A DNA stretch of 64,000 nt from Octopus vulgaris. Lineage: Eukaryota. Below, in pieces: positions 40,646-53,254 of this stretch. Under the pieces are notes generated by a model, which was given only the letters and a program-made list of their open reading frames with translations, was not told the DNA's origin and ran no database searches. The position numbers and the translations under genes are program-made. Location: assembly GCA_951406725.2 (NCBI GenBank), contig OX597832.1, positions 23,870,001-23,934,000 on the forward strand. The letters run 5' to 3'. Numbering within the stretch: position 1 is the first letter of the stretch; every line of letters begins with the position of its first letter.

Positions 40646-41280
40646 CTAATTAATATTACCAAAGTGGCAGAGTCATTAGCAGATCTGGCAAAATGTTCAA
40701 TGGCATTCCGTCCATCTTTACATTCTGAGTTCAAACCTCGCCGAGGTCAAATTTTGCCTTTCGTCCCTTTTCAGGGTCAATGAAATCTAATTAATATTAC
40801 CAAAGTGGTAATTAATATTACCAAAGTGGCAGAGTCATTAGCAGATCTGGCAAAATGTTCAATGGCATTCTGTCCATCTTTACATTCTGAGTTCAAACCT
40901 CGCCGAGGTCAAATTTGCCTTTCGTCCCTTTTCAGGGTCAATGAAATCTAATTAATATTACCAAAGTGGTAATTAATATTACCAAAGTGGCAGAGTCATT
41001 AGCAGATCTGGCAAAATGTTCAATGGCATTCTGTCCATCTTTACATTCTGAGTTCAAACCTCGCCGAGGTCAAATTTTGCCTTTCGTCCCTTTTCAGGGT
41101 CAATGAAATCTAATTAATATTACCAAAGTGGTAATTAATATTACCAAAGTGGCAGAGTCATTAGCAGATCTGGCAAAATGTTCAGAGGCCTTCTGTCCAT
41201 CTTTATATTCTGAGTTCAAACCTCGCCGAGGGCGACATTTGCCTTTCGTCCTTTTCAGAGTCAATGAAATAAGTACCAGT
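40646..41280 (+). repeat. 4 x ~161-bp tandem repeat of a diverged family-B SINE 5' part
   Basis: Unit taattaatattaccaaagtggcagagtcattagc...ggtcaatgaaatc repeated with private variants. Confidence 0.9.
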
Positions 41281-42776
41281 TAAACACTGGGGTCGATGTA
41301 ATTGATTTACTCCCTCCACCCCACCCACCCCTGAAAATTACTGGCCTTGTGCTAAAATTTGAAACCAATATTACCAAAATGTAAAGTGCTGAGCTGGCAG
41401 AATGGTTAGCACGCCAAGCAAAATGCTTAGCGGCATTTCATCGGTCTTTATGTTCTGAGTTCAAATTCTGCCAAGGTCGACTACGTTTTTCATCCTTTTG
41501 GGATCGATAAAAGTACCAGTCAAACATTGGGGGGGTCAATGTGGTTGACTTACTCATTTCCTGAAATAGCTGGTATTGTGCCGAAATTTGATAACAATAT
41601 TCTTTTCACAAGGCCTAAAATTTTGGGAGAAGGGTGGGAGCCAGTCGATTAGATCGACCCCAATATACAACTGGTACTTAATTTATCAACCCTGAAAGTA
41701 TGAAAGGCAAAGTCGACCTCGGTGGAATTTAATTTGATAACAATATTACCAAAGTGTTAGTATGCCAGGCAAAATACTCAGCAGTATTTCGTCTGTCTTC
41801 CCATTCTGAGTTCACATTCCACCAAGGTGAACTTAGCCTTTCATCCTTTCAAGATCAACACTTGAGTCAATCTGTACAACTTAACCCGCTTCCCCCAAAA
41901 TTGCTGGCCTTGTGCCAAAACTTGAAACCAATATTAAAATATAGAAGGTGGCGAGCTGGCAGAAACGTTAGCACGCCAGGCGAAATGCTTAGCGGTATTT
42001 TGTCTGCTGCTACATTCTGAGTTCAAATTCCGCTGAGGTTGACTTTACCTTTCATCCTTTCAGGGTCAATTAATAAGTACCAGTTACACACTGGAGTCGA
42101 TGTAATCAACTTCATCCATTTGTCTGTCCTTGTTTGTCCTCTCTGTGTTTAGCCCCTTGTGGATAGTAAAGAAATAGGTATTTCGTCTGCCGCTACGTTC
42201 TGAGTTCAAATTCCGCCTAGATTGACTTTGCCTTTCATCCTTTTGGGGTCGATTAAATAAGTACCAGTTACACACTGGGGTCGATATAATCGACTTAATC
42301 CTTGTTTGTCCTCTCTGTGTTTAGCCCCTTGTAGGTAGTAAAGAAATAGGTATTTCGTCTGCTACTACGTTCTGAGTTCAAATTCCGCCGAGATTGACTT
42401 TGCCTTTCATCCTTTCGGGGTCGATAAAATAAGTACCAGTTACACACTGGGGTCGATATAATCGACTTAATCCTTGTTTGTCCTCTCTGTGTTTAGCCCC
42501 TTGTAGGTAGTAAAGAAATAGGTATTTCGTCTGCTACTACGTTCTGAGTTCAAATTCCGCCGAGATTGACTTTGCCTTTCATCCTTTCGGGGTCGATTAA
42601 ATAAGTACCAGTTACACACTGGGCTTGGGTCGATATAATCGACTTAATCTGTTTGTCTGTCCTTGTTTGTCTCCTCTGTGTTTAGCCCCTCGTGGGCAGT
42701 AAAAAAATAAGAAATAAGAAAACTTTAAACCGGTTTTACCAAAATGTGAACCAAACCATTGTCTTATGTCTTTCAG

Positions 42777-42948
42777 ATGCTTAAATGTTGCTGGAAATGT
42801 GACAACATTCTCTGGGGAACACCTTGGAGACAAAGACATGTTGGTTATGTACAAAATTCTCAAGGATCAATATCTATTTGTCAGTGTGAATTTAAGCTAC
42901 AATAATATCACTGATGAAGGATCACATAGCGTGGCTCAACTCATTAAG
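42777..42948 (+). CDS. LRRC34: LRRC34 exon 2 (CLNVAGNVTTFSGEHLGDKDMLVMYKILKDQYLFVSVNLSYNNITDEGSHSVAQLIK)
   Basis: tttcag acceptor, AAG|gtgatt donor; resembles recalled human LRRC34 LNIAGN...LDVGYN segment. Confidence 0.92.
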
Positions 42949-43417
42949 GTGATTCGTTGTTTCTTCCTTTCTTTTTTATTCCTTGATTCAACTTGCAAAT
43001 GTGTTATTTTGACTCTGTACTTTCCTTCAACCATATTTAACCCTTTAGTATTAAAACCGGCCATATCCAGCCATATGTGGCTACATCCAACCATATCTGG
43101 CCATATCCAGCCAAAATATATCTGTCTGTTTTAAGGTCAAAAGGGCTAAATATGGCCTCTCACGCTTAACCTACAATGTCGTTCTAAAGTATACAGGTGC
43201 AGATGTGGCTGTGTGGTAAGAAGCTTGCTTCCCGTCCACATGGTTCTGGGTTCAGTTTCACCATGTGGCACCTTGTGTAAGTGTCATATACCATAGTCTC
43301 AGGCCAACCAAAGCCTTGTGAGTGGATTTGGTAGACAGAAATTGAAAGAAGCCCGTTTTATATGTATGTATGTATGTATGTATGTGTGTGTGTATGTATG
43401 TATGTATGTACGTATGT

Positions 43418-43610
43418 ACAGAAACAAAAGATGAAGACAGGTGAGGGAACAATAAGCAGGTGTATTAGTTTCATGCTCGGGATGACTGGAAAAATCTTTG
43501 ATGTTTTGAACCTATGCTCTTTGTCAGAAAGGATTGAGAAGGTAAAAAAGGAGAGAGTTTTTTTAAAAATGGAGAGCGGAAAAAATTGTGTAGAAATATA
43601 TGGTTCAACA

Positions 43611-43652
<42 letters not shown>

Positions 43653-43812
43653 ATATATATATAAAATGTGACCACGTGTGTACCATTAGCGATTTTTTCC
43701 CCTCCGTCTTCCCTTCTCTGGATCTTTCCTTTTTCTATGTTTCTGACGAAGAGCTCCGCTCAAAACGTAAAACCCTCCTTCTTCCCTTCCTTCATGAGTG
43801 TCCAATAATACC
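43418..43812. mobile_element. Two related Penelope-like elements in opposite orientation around a (TA)n tract, with degenerate hammerhead cores
   Basis: Plus copy gtttCTGACGAaGAGCtccGCTCaAAACGTAaaac at 43739-43773; minus copy related to 8330-8520. Confidence 0.5.
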
Positions 43813-43907
43813 TAAAACTACTTGATTGCAAAGTAGACTTCTTAACCACTCGTCAATTTGTTTGTAATGTTTATTTTTCCCTAATTTCTTTACAAAATTT
43901 CTTCCAG

Positions 43908-43991
43908 TCTAGTTCTTCCTTGATATGTTTGAACCTTATGTGTAACGATATCGGTCCAAAAGGTGGAGAATTAATTGCTGCCGCTTTGCAG
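43908..43991 (+). CDS. LRRC34: LRRC34 exon 3 (SSSSLICLNLMCNDIGPKGGELIAAALQ)
   Basis: ttccag / CAG|gtaagt; 84 nt = one 28-aa RI-type LRR; near match to recalled LNLMFNDIGPEGGELIA. Confidence 0.95.
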
Positions 43992-44024
43992 GTAAGTAAA
44001 TCCTCCTCATTCCTTATTCTAAAG

Positions 44025-44368
44025 CAGTGGTTATCAACCAGGGTTCATATGCCCCCCCCCCCCCCCACACACACACACACACTGAGGGCCCATATAAGAT
44101 TTTTGGGGATCTACAAAACAAAATAGTAAATTGGGGATCTATAATAGTATTTTAAGGGCCCCTGAAAAACTTCTACTTTAGATGTGTTGCAAGAAACAGG
44201 TTCCTTTCTCTAACATTTTCCACAAGTTAATGCATGAAAAGCAAAATAAGAATTTTATTAGAAATTTCTATAAAACTAGTTTTTAAAAATTGAAAGGTTA
44301 TAGGGGTCCACCAGACTAAAGTAGAAATCCAAGGGATCCATGGATAAAAGAAGGGTTGAGAAGCCCTG
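44025..44368. mobile_element. hAT-like MITE
   Basis: CAG...CTG termini (cagtggttatcaacc / ggttgagaagccctg); near-perfect 8-bp TSD ttctaaag/ttccaaag. Confidence 0.7.
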
Positions 44369-44706
44369 TTCCAAAGAATTCCATTGTTTCTATATGCTTC
44401 TGTTTATTTATTTTTTCATCAACATCAGAGTGGAAAGCACTCGTCACAGCCACAGGTCCATGAGACGGTTGTGACGTGTAAACAGTTACTAGTAGGAACT
44501 AGAAAGAAAAGTATGAGCACATAATGCAAGCTGGATTTATAAAACGGAAGAGAAGAATAAAACACAATGCGCATGTCACATCTCGCTTTATCTCGCTGTC
44601 TTAATCATGCAGATGATACCATGTTTCTATATCTGCTAACACAGAGAAAAAATTTTTTTTACATGGAGCTTTGCTGTTTTCTTCGAGCTTCATGGACAGA
44701 TAGACA

Positions 44707-45423
44707 TTAACCCTTTCATTACTGTATTTATTTTGAGATGCTCTGTGTTTCTTTCAATTAATTTGAAATATAGCAAAGAATTTAGTAAAATAACTCAGTT
44801 ATCATTAAGCTAGTGTTACGAACATATATTGTGACTGAGGTAAGGTGGAAGATTTTAATTCAGAACTTGAGAAAACAAGACATTTGTACTACAGAGCCAG
44901 AACCGGTTTCAGCCGGGCTGGTAATGAAAGGGTTAAAAATATCATGGTGACTTTAACCATTTCGTTACATATTTCTGTTGAGATGCTCTGTGTTACTTTC
45001 AATTACTTTAAATATAACAAAGAATTTAGTAAAATAACTCAGTTATCATTCAGCTAGTGTTAGGAACATATATTGTGACTAAGGTTTGGTGGAAGATTTT
45101 AATTCAAAACTTATGAAAACAAGACATTTGTACTCGGAGCCAGAACCGGTTTCAGCCGGGTTGGTAACGAAAGGGTTAAAAATATCATGGTGACTTTAAC
45201 CCTTTTGTTACCATATTTCTGTTGAGATGTTCTGTGTTTCTTTCAATTACTTTAAATATAACAAAGAATTTAGTAAAATAACTTAGTTATCATTCAGCTA
45301 GTGTTAGAAACATAAATTGTGACAAAGGTTTGGTGGAAGATTTTAATTCAAAACTTATGAAAACAAAACATTTGTACTCAGAGCCAGAACCGGTTTAAGC
45401 TGGGTTGGTAACGAAAGGGTTAA
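44707..45423. repeat. 3-unit array of the same MITE, inverted relative to 30928-32607
   Basis: ttaacccttt...aaagggttaa units; spacer aaatatcatggtgact. Confidence 0.88.
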
Positions 45424-46618
45424 AACCATGTTAACAACCAGTGGCACATGGTGGTTGTTGTATTGGATGTGCTACCACACCCTATGCTACCAAATTTCAA
45501 GCAAGGATATAACAAAGTTTTCCATTAAGATTTGTGATTAAATTAACAAGTAAGGTTAATATTTATGATGAATTTGCCAGTTTTGATGGGTGTGCAGTGC
45601 ATACATAGCACACCCAGAATATACCCCCTCGTTAACTACAGCAATGTCTTAAAATTTATTACCAATTATTTTTTGAAATAATGAAGAATTTGGTAAAATA
45701 ACTTTGACATTATTAAGTTAGTGTTTAAGGCGGCGAGCTAACAGAATCGTTAGCACGCTGGGTGAAATGCTTAGCAGTATTTCGTCTGCCGCTACGTTCT
45801 AAGTTCATATTCCGCAAAGATCAACTTTGCCTTTCATTCTTTCAGGGTCAATTAAATAAGTACCAGTTATGCTCTTGGGTCGGGTCGCTGTAATCAACTT
45901 TATTCCTTCCCCCAATTTTTGAGGCCTTGTGCTTCCAGTAGAAAGAAGTATTAAGTTACTGTTTAATCAAAATCGATCAAAAATCAATGGAAAGTGCAGT
46001 TGTAATACCAGTGCTGGTGGCACGTAAAAGTACCATTTGAACATGGCCCTTGCCAGCACCGCCTTGACTGGCCTCTGTGCCGGTGACACGTAAAAAGCAC
46101 CAACCGATTGTGACCGTTGCCAGCCTTGCCTGGCACCTGTGCCAGTGACACGTAAAAAGCCTCCACTACACTCACAGAGTGGTTGGCGTTAGGAAGGGCA
46201 TCCAGCTGTAGAAACACTGCCAGATCAGACTGGAGCCTGGTGCAGCCTCCTGGCTTCCCAGACCTCAGTCGAACCGTCCAACCCATGCTAGCATGGAAAG
46301 CGGACATTAAACGATGATGATGATGATGTTTGGAACATAAATTTACATGGAATTTTCATGGAAGATTTTAATTAAGATCATTTGGAAACACTAATTTTAT
46401 AACAAAGAAACAGGAATAGTTTAATGTATTTGTTTAGTTAATACATTTATTAGTTGTGGAATTTCATCCAAGGAAATTCCTTTTAACTCTTTTGATATCA
46501 ACCTGCTCAAAACTGTCCCCCATTTCTCAGATACAAACCAGGACTGCCATGTTATGTTGGCAAATAGTCTTTACTTCAAAATAGAATTATTTATGTATTA
46601 TTTTCTATTTGCTTTCAG

Positions 46619-46747
46619 ACAAATAGTACTTTAGAGTCTCTAAACATGAATGGTAACAAGATTGGAAGAAACGGCGTGTTGATGTTTGCTCGGGCTCTTC
46701 AGTTCAATATTGGCTTAAAGGAATTGAATGTTGGCCATACCGACATG
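46619..46747 (+). CDS. LRRC34: LRRC34 exon 4 (TNSTLESLNMNGNKIGRNGVLMFARALQFNIGLKELNVGHTDM)
   Basis: tttcag / ATG|gtaagt; phase 0-0; LRR pattern; not in ORF track. Confidence 0.93.
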
Positions 46748-47832
46748 GTAAGTAATTCTTTCTAAATTTTGGCTCAAAGGCAGCAATTTTGATGGGAGGT
46801 GGGGATAGTCAATTAGATTGACCCCAGTGCATAACTGATACTTATTTTATCAAGCCTGAAAGGATGAAGGGCAAAGTCAGCTGCAGCAGCATTTGAACTC
46901 GTTAGCAATTTTGACGAGAGAGGGACAATCAATTACATTATTTTATGAACCCTGAAATGATGAAAGATAAAGTTGACTTTGGTGGCATTTGAACTTAGAA
47001 TGTAAAGAGCCAGAAGAAATGCCACTGTATTTTGTCCAATCTGCTAACAATTCTGCCAGGTTTACCATCTTTAACGATTTCAAATTTCAGCATAAAACCA
47101 ATAATTTTAGTGGGTGAGGGGATAAGACAATTACATCAACACCAGCACTCAATCAGTACTCATTTCATTGATCCCAAAAGGATTGAAAGTAGATTTCAGA
47201 TCCCGAATTAGGCAGTGTGTTGGAATTACAGGATCTAAGAAGAATATGAGATTTTTTTCTGCTGTGCATAAGTTGCATTACTTAGATCCATTAACATATG
47301 GCTTAGATCCAGCAATTCCAACACACTACTTAATTTGAGATCTGAAATTTTTAGCAGATGTAGACACATGGACAGGTTTTTTTTTTTTTAATCAAATTGG
47401 AAGGTACCACCCTTTCCAGATTGAGTTGAGACCTTGCAGACTTTGATATATTTTCTGTTGTTTTGTTCTAAACCAGTTTGTATTTAATGAGCTTTCTGCA
47501 ATCAGCTGGCAGAAATGTTAGCACGCTGGGCAAAATGCTTAGTGGTATTTCATCTATCTTTACGTTCTGAGTTCAAATTCTGCTGAGATTGACATTGCCT
47601 TTCATCCTTTCAGAGTTGACAAATTAAGTACCAGTGGTGTACTGGGGTTGATCTAATCGACTGCCTCCCCCTCCCCCAAAATTTCAGGCCTTGTGCCTAG
47701 AGCAGGAAAGATTATTCATAAATTATAAATAACATATTCTTATAAATTATAAATTTCTTATAATTTCTTCTCATTAATTTGTCCTTTGCTTTAATAAAAG
47801 AATTAATTAATTTGTCCTTTTGTCTTGCACAG

Positions 47833-47970
47833 AATATTGACAGTATGATAGCAATGGCTACAGTGCTTTGTTTCTCAAACTGTACATTACTTCGCATTAA
47901 TCTGAACAGACCTTTGTTGAAAAATATGGAAGAAGAAATTATTTCAGGGCATATAAGTCATCTCCTAAAG
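47833..47970 (+). CDS. LRRC34: LRRC34 exon 5 (NIDSMIAMATVLCFSNCTLLRINLNRPLLKNMEEEIISGHISHLLK)
   Basis: gcacag / AAG|gtaggt; INLNRP motif as recalled for LRRC34. Confidence 0.93.
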
Positions 47971-48357
47971 GTAGGTCAATATGCTCTCTATTAGTATATA
48001 CACACACATCATCATCATTTAACGTCCCTTTTCCACGCTAGCATTGGTCAGACGGTTCGACCAGGGTCTGGTAAGCCATGGAGGCTGCAACAGACTCCAG
48101 TCTGATTTCGCAGTGTTTCTACAGCTGGATACCCTTCCTAATGCCAACCACTCCGTGAGTGTAGTGGGTGCTTTTTACGTGCCACCGGCACAGGGGCCAG
48201 AGCGGGATGGTAAACGGCCATGATCAGTTGGTGCTTATACGTGTCACCGACACGGACGCCAGTCAGGCGGCGCTGGCATCTGCCACGTTCGGACGGTGCT
48301 TTTTATGTGTCACCGGCACAGGTGTCTTAACTACAATTTCACACATACATATATATG

Positions 48358-48592
48358 CATAAGGGCTGTACAGGCCCTATACAGAGAGGCCATTAGTAAA
48401 GTTAGGATTGGCAACGTGTATAGTGAAGAATTCCGGGTAGAAGTAGGGGTCCACCAAGGTTCAGCCCTCAGTCCCCTTTTATTCATCATAGTCCTCCAGG
48501 CAATAACAGAGGAATTCAAGATGGGTTGCCCCTGGGAGCTCCTCGTAGCAGAATCACTACTGGAACTAGAAAAGAAATTTCGGGTGTGGAAG
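48358..48592 (+). mobile_element. RTE-clade LINE reverse transcriptase fragment with the YADD motif deleted
   Basis: GVHQGSALSPLLFIIV...PWELL then directly VAES. Confidence 0.85.
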
Positions 48593-48765
48593 CTAATGCG
48601 GGATTCGAACTCACAACCTCACGATCGTAAGCTCGACGCTCTAACTACTGAGCCATGCGCCTTCAATGTGTGTGTCTATAGATTTAGGATTATTAGCTAG
48701 CAAGGTGTAAGTGATATAAAAAAAAAGTAAATAAATCTTTCTCCCTTTTTTTTTACTCAAACCAG

Positions 48766-48884
48766 ATGAATCCAGTTCTCATTGAATTACACCTGCAACA
48801 ACTCGGCATGGAGGATTACGGTGCAACGATAATTTCTGAAAGTCTAAGAAATAATACCATTCTTACACATTTGGATCTAAGTTG
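48766..48884 (+). CDS. LRRC34: LRRC34 exon 6 (MNPVLIELHLQQLGMEDYGATIISESLRNNTILTHLDLS, phase 2)
   Basis: pyrimidine tract + accag; TG|gtaatc; joins exon 7 to read LDLSCNRI. Confidence 0.92.
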
Positions 48885-48899
48885 GTAATCTGTTTTAAA

Positions 48900-49143
48900 T
48901 CATCCTCATCATCGTTATTATCATCATCATCATCACTATCACCAGCATCATCGTTATTATCATTATCATCATCATCATCATCATTGTCATCATCATCACC
49001 AACATCATCATCATCACCATCATTGTCATCATCATCATTGTCATCATCACCAACATCATCATCATCGTCATCATCATCACCATCATTGTCATCACCATCA
49101 TCATCATCATCAACATCACCAACATCATCATCATCATCATCAT
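48900..49143. repeat. (CAT)n microsatellite
   Basis: Read directly. Confidence 0.95.
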
Positions 49144-49587
49144 ATGCTGACCTTAGCATAATGGAGGTTGAGCTGCAGCGACTTCAGGTCTTCCTCAATT
49201 TGTTTTGACCATGTCTTTTTCCCTTCTTCTTCTTCTCCTTTTTCTTCTTCTTCTTCTTCTTCTACTGTTGCTGCTGCTGTTGTTGTTGTTGTTAAGCAAC
49301 AAGACGGGTAAGGGTGATTAGGTGATGGTCTAGGGCTTAGGGGCAGGAGACCCCAGACCTTGGAAAAAAAAACAACAACTTTGGTCGTCTTGTTGTAGTC
49401 GCGGGCTCTTCGTTGACGCCCGACACCACTGGGAGGTGACCCTCGAAGTCGCTGGAAATGGAGATCACCAGGTCCAAACTCTTGACCGGCTGCTGCTGCA
49501 GGAACACCAATGATGGAGAGCACTGGTAAACCTGGTCGTCTCAATGCATGATGAAGCTTCTGGGACCACTGACCTGGAACGGCCCCA

Positions 49588-49945
49588 ACTCCACCAGCTT
49601 AGCAAAGGTGGAGGTATTGTTTTTCAGTCATGCTTGTTTGTTTATTTGTCTGTGGAAAAGTTATCTCAAGAACCGCTGGATGAATTTGGATGAAACTTTC
49701 AGTGATGTTTGGCCTCGTGACTGGCATGAACTGATTAGATTTTGGGATCAATTGGGTACCAGACAAGGATTCTGGATTATTTTTCCTGTTTTTGAGAGTA
49801 GTTGGGTTCATTTTTAATATTCTCATTTGTGAGAGCAGTCGAGTTTATTTCAGATATTCTCATTTTAAAAATCATCTCTGCCTAATTGATGAGAGGATGT
49901 TGGTGTCACCTTGGTGGAGGTTTGAGCTCTCTAAATGCTCTTGTT
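49588..49945 (+). mobile_element. Helentron-associated non-autonomous element (HINE/DINE-like)
   Basis: ctccacc...ggtggagg near 5' end, ccttggtggagg and short hairpin at 3' end, (GTTT)-like tract. Confidence 0.5.
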
Positions 49946-50511
49946 GTTATTGGAAGGTGATCGAAATCAAATTCGATGACTGGCATCTGTGCTAGTGGAG
50001 CGCTAAGAGTACCATACGAGCGTGATTGTTGCCAGAGCAAAAAGCTGGCCTCCATCCCGATAGCATGTTAAAAACACCATTCGAGCGTGATCGTTACCTG
50101 CGTTGCCTTATTAGCACTTGTGCTGGTGGCATGTGAAAGACATTCGAGCAAGGTCATTGCCAGCTGCTGGACTGGCTCCTGTGCAGGTTGCACATAAAAA
50201 GCACCATTTGAGCATGACCGTTGCCAGTACTGCCTGACTGGCCCTCATGCCGGTGGCATGTAAAACCACCCACTACTCTCTTGGAGTCGTTGGCGTTAGG
50301 AAGGGCATCCAGTTGTAGAAACTCTGCCAGATCAGATTGGAGTCTGGTGCAGCCATCTGGTTTGCCAGACCTCAGTCAAATTGTCCAACCCATGCTAGCA
50401 TGGAAAGCGGATGTTTAAAAATTGATGATGATTACACAGAGATGTTTTCTTTCTTTTTTTTTGTGTGTATTTTATTAATTTCTTGTTGTTTTTGTCGGTG
50501 CTTTTTTTCAG

Positions 50512-50664
50512 TAACAGGATAGGCGAGGATGGAATGAATATGCTTGCTGATGCTATGGCTGTCAGTGGCACAACAGAGTTATTGAATATTGGGTATAACA
50601 GAATCGGTAACACAGGAGCCGTGTATTTGGCAGACCTGCTCAAAGTAAACACGTCTTTGAAGAC
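50512..50664 (+). CDS. LRRC34: LRRC34 exon 7 (NRIGEDGMNMLADAMAVSGTTELLNIGYNRIGNTGAVYLADLLKVNTSLK)
   Basis: ttttcag / AC|gtaagt; phase 2-2; two LRRs. Confidence 0.94.
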
Positions 50665-50809
50665 GTAAGTTCTTTCTTTCTTTCTTTTTGATGTTGTGGG
50701 ATGGAGTGATATAGTGGCGGTGTGGGGATGCAGCAACAGCTGGCGGGCGATGGGGGTGGAGCGGGGTGGAATGGAGTGTTTGTCGGGATGCAGGTCACAA
50801 GGGGGAGGG

Positions 50810-51410
50810 TACTGGAGGGTGAGGGTGGTGAGTGTTGGCATGATGGGTGGTGAAGGTGATGAGGCTAATGGGTGGTGGGGTGATGGGTGGTGAGGGTGAT
50901 GGATGGTGAGGGTGTTGGGTGGTGGAGGTCGTGGGTGTTGAGGGTGATGGGTGGTGAGGGTGAAGGATGGTGAGGGTGATGGATGGTGAGGGTGGTGAGG
51001 GTGAAGGATGGTGAGGGTGATAGAGGTGAGGGTGATGGATGGTGAGGGTGATGGGTGGTGAGGGTGATGGGTGGTGAGGGTGGTGGGTGGTGGTGGGTGA
51101 TGGGTGGTGAGGGTGATGGATGGTGAGGGTGATGGGTGGTGAGGGTGATGGGTAGTGATAGGTGATGGGTGGTGAAGGTGATGGGTGGTGATAGGTGATG
51201 GATGGTGAGGGTGATGGATGGTGAGGGTGATGGGTGGTGAGGGTGATGGATGGTGAGGGTGATGGGTGATGGGTGGTGAGGGTGGTGAGTGGTAATGGGT
51301 GGTGAGGGTGATGGGTGGTGAGGGTGGCGGGTGGTGATAGGTGATGGATGATGTGTGGTGATGGGTGATGAGAGTGATGGGTGGTGGGGTGATGGGTGGT
51401 GGGGTGATGA
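50810..51410. repeat. G/T-rich minisatellite (~16-bp ggtgagggtgatgggt) filling most of LRRC34 intron 7
   Basis: Read directly. Confidence 0.92.
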
Positions 51411-51457
51411 GTGCATGTGTGTGCATACGACTGTTTATATAATTTTCTTCTCTGTAG

Positions 51458-51587
51458 TTTGATTATAGTATCCAACAACATTGGAGTGAATGGAATTATA
51501 ACAATTATAGAGGTGTTGATAAACGTAAACAAGAGCCTGACATCTTTGTTCATATGGGGAAATGACGTGCAGCCCTCTGCTGGAGAA
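51458..51587 (+). CDS. LRRC34: LRRC34 exon 8 (LIIVSNNIGVNGIITIIEVLINVNKSLTSLFIWGNDVQPSAGE)
   Basis: ctgtag / GAA|gtaagt; VSNNI and IWGN motifs as recalled for LRRC34. Confidence 0.94.
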
Positions 51588-52485
51588 GTAAGTATGCATA
51601 CTAACATATATATACATACTTATATACACACATAATGAATGCATACAAGCATATATACATACATACATCCATACCAGAGGTGGACTGAGAGTATTAAGGA
51701 CTCTTGGGTATAACTGTAAAGTGTGGGCCCCTCAGAGCTCTGGGTCCTTGAGCAGTGTCCAATTGACCGACAGCTCAGTTCACCCCTGATCCATACATAC
51801 ATCCTTACACACATAAATACATACATACATGCACACATTTATATATTAAGCCTTACACACATGCATCCATATATAAACGCATACACGTATTCATATACAA
51901 AGTCTGAAATACATACATGCATACACATATTCATATATGGAAGCACTCCGTCGGTTACAACGACGAAGGTTCCGGTTGATCCGAATCAATGGAACAGCCT
52001 GCTCGTGAAATTAACGTGTAAGTGGCTGAGCACTCCACAGACACGTGTACCCTTAACGTAGTTCTCGGGGATATTCAGCGTGACACAGAGAGTGACAAGG
52101 CCGGCCCTTTGAAATACAGGTACAACAGAAACAGGAAGTAAGAGTGAGAGAAAGTTGTGGTGAAAGAGTACAGCAGGGATCACCACCATCCCCTGCCGGA
52201 GCCTCGTGGAGCTTTTAGGTGTTTTCGCTCAATAAACACTCACAACGCCCGGTCTGGGAATCGAAACCGTGATCCTATGACTGCAAGTTCGCTGCCCTAA
52301 CCACTGATCCATTGCGCCTCCACATTCATATATAAAGTTTTACATGCATGCATGCATACATAAATCCTTGCATATTTACATGCATGCATATGTAAATATT
52401 TAAATACAAACATGCATACATAGACACGTGCCTATGTATCTACGTTTGGAATACACATGCTTAAAAAATAATGAGACACTCACTA

Positions 52486-53170
52486 TCTATCTATCTATCC
52501 GCTCTGTCGAAGTCGACTCTCGGTTACCCATTGGATCAGTGTCCTCCAGTCAGTTCTATCCTGGGCCGCTTCTTTCAGATTGGCTATGTCCATTCTGGTA
52601 TCACTCTTGATGGTGTCAAGCCAGTGGGTTCTTGGTCAGCTTCTTCCTCTCTTGCCACTGACCATTCTGAGCATGATGTCCTTCTCCAGGGATTTTCTTC
52701 GCATAATATGATCGAAATATGCCTATCTACGCTTGGTGATCTTAGCTTCTAGCGACATTTTCGGCCTGATCTGCTTAAGAACTTCTCCATTGGTCGACAT
52801 CTTCCTCTCTTGCCACTGACCATTCCGTATATATATATATATATATATCCGCTCAGTCGAAGTCGACTCTCGGTTACTCGTTCGATCAGTGTCCTCCAGT
52901 CAGTTCTATCCTGGGCTGCTTCTTTCAGATTGGCTATGTCCATTCTGGTATCACTCTTGATGGTGTCAAGCCAGTGGGTTCTTGGTCGGCTTCTTCCTCT
53001 CTTGCCACTGACCATTCTGAGCATGATGTCCTTCTCCAGGGATTTTCTTCGCATAATATGACCAAAATATGCCAATCTACGCTTGGTGATCTTAGCTTCT
53101 AGCGACATTTTCGGCCTGATCTGCTTAAGAACTTCTTCATTGGTGAGCCTCGCTGTCCATGAGACACTCA
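52486..53170 (-). mobile_element. RTE (BovB-like) LINE 3' end, tandemly duplicated
   Basis: SWT...TNEEVL, RL.YFGHIMRR.SLEK.IM, GKRGR.RP...W.D.I, AQDR..WR; two near-identical copies. Confidence 0.9.
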
Positions 53171-53254
53171 AATGTGTATTAAATTCATATGCAAACCTAC
53201 AATGTGAGAGTAAGTTCACATATGCACTAACACAGACACACAAACACATACATA

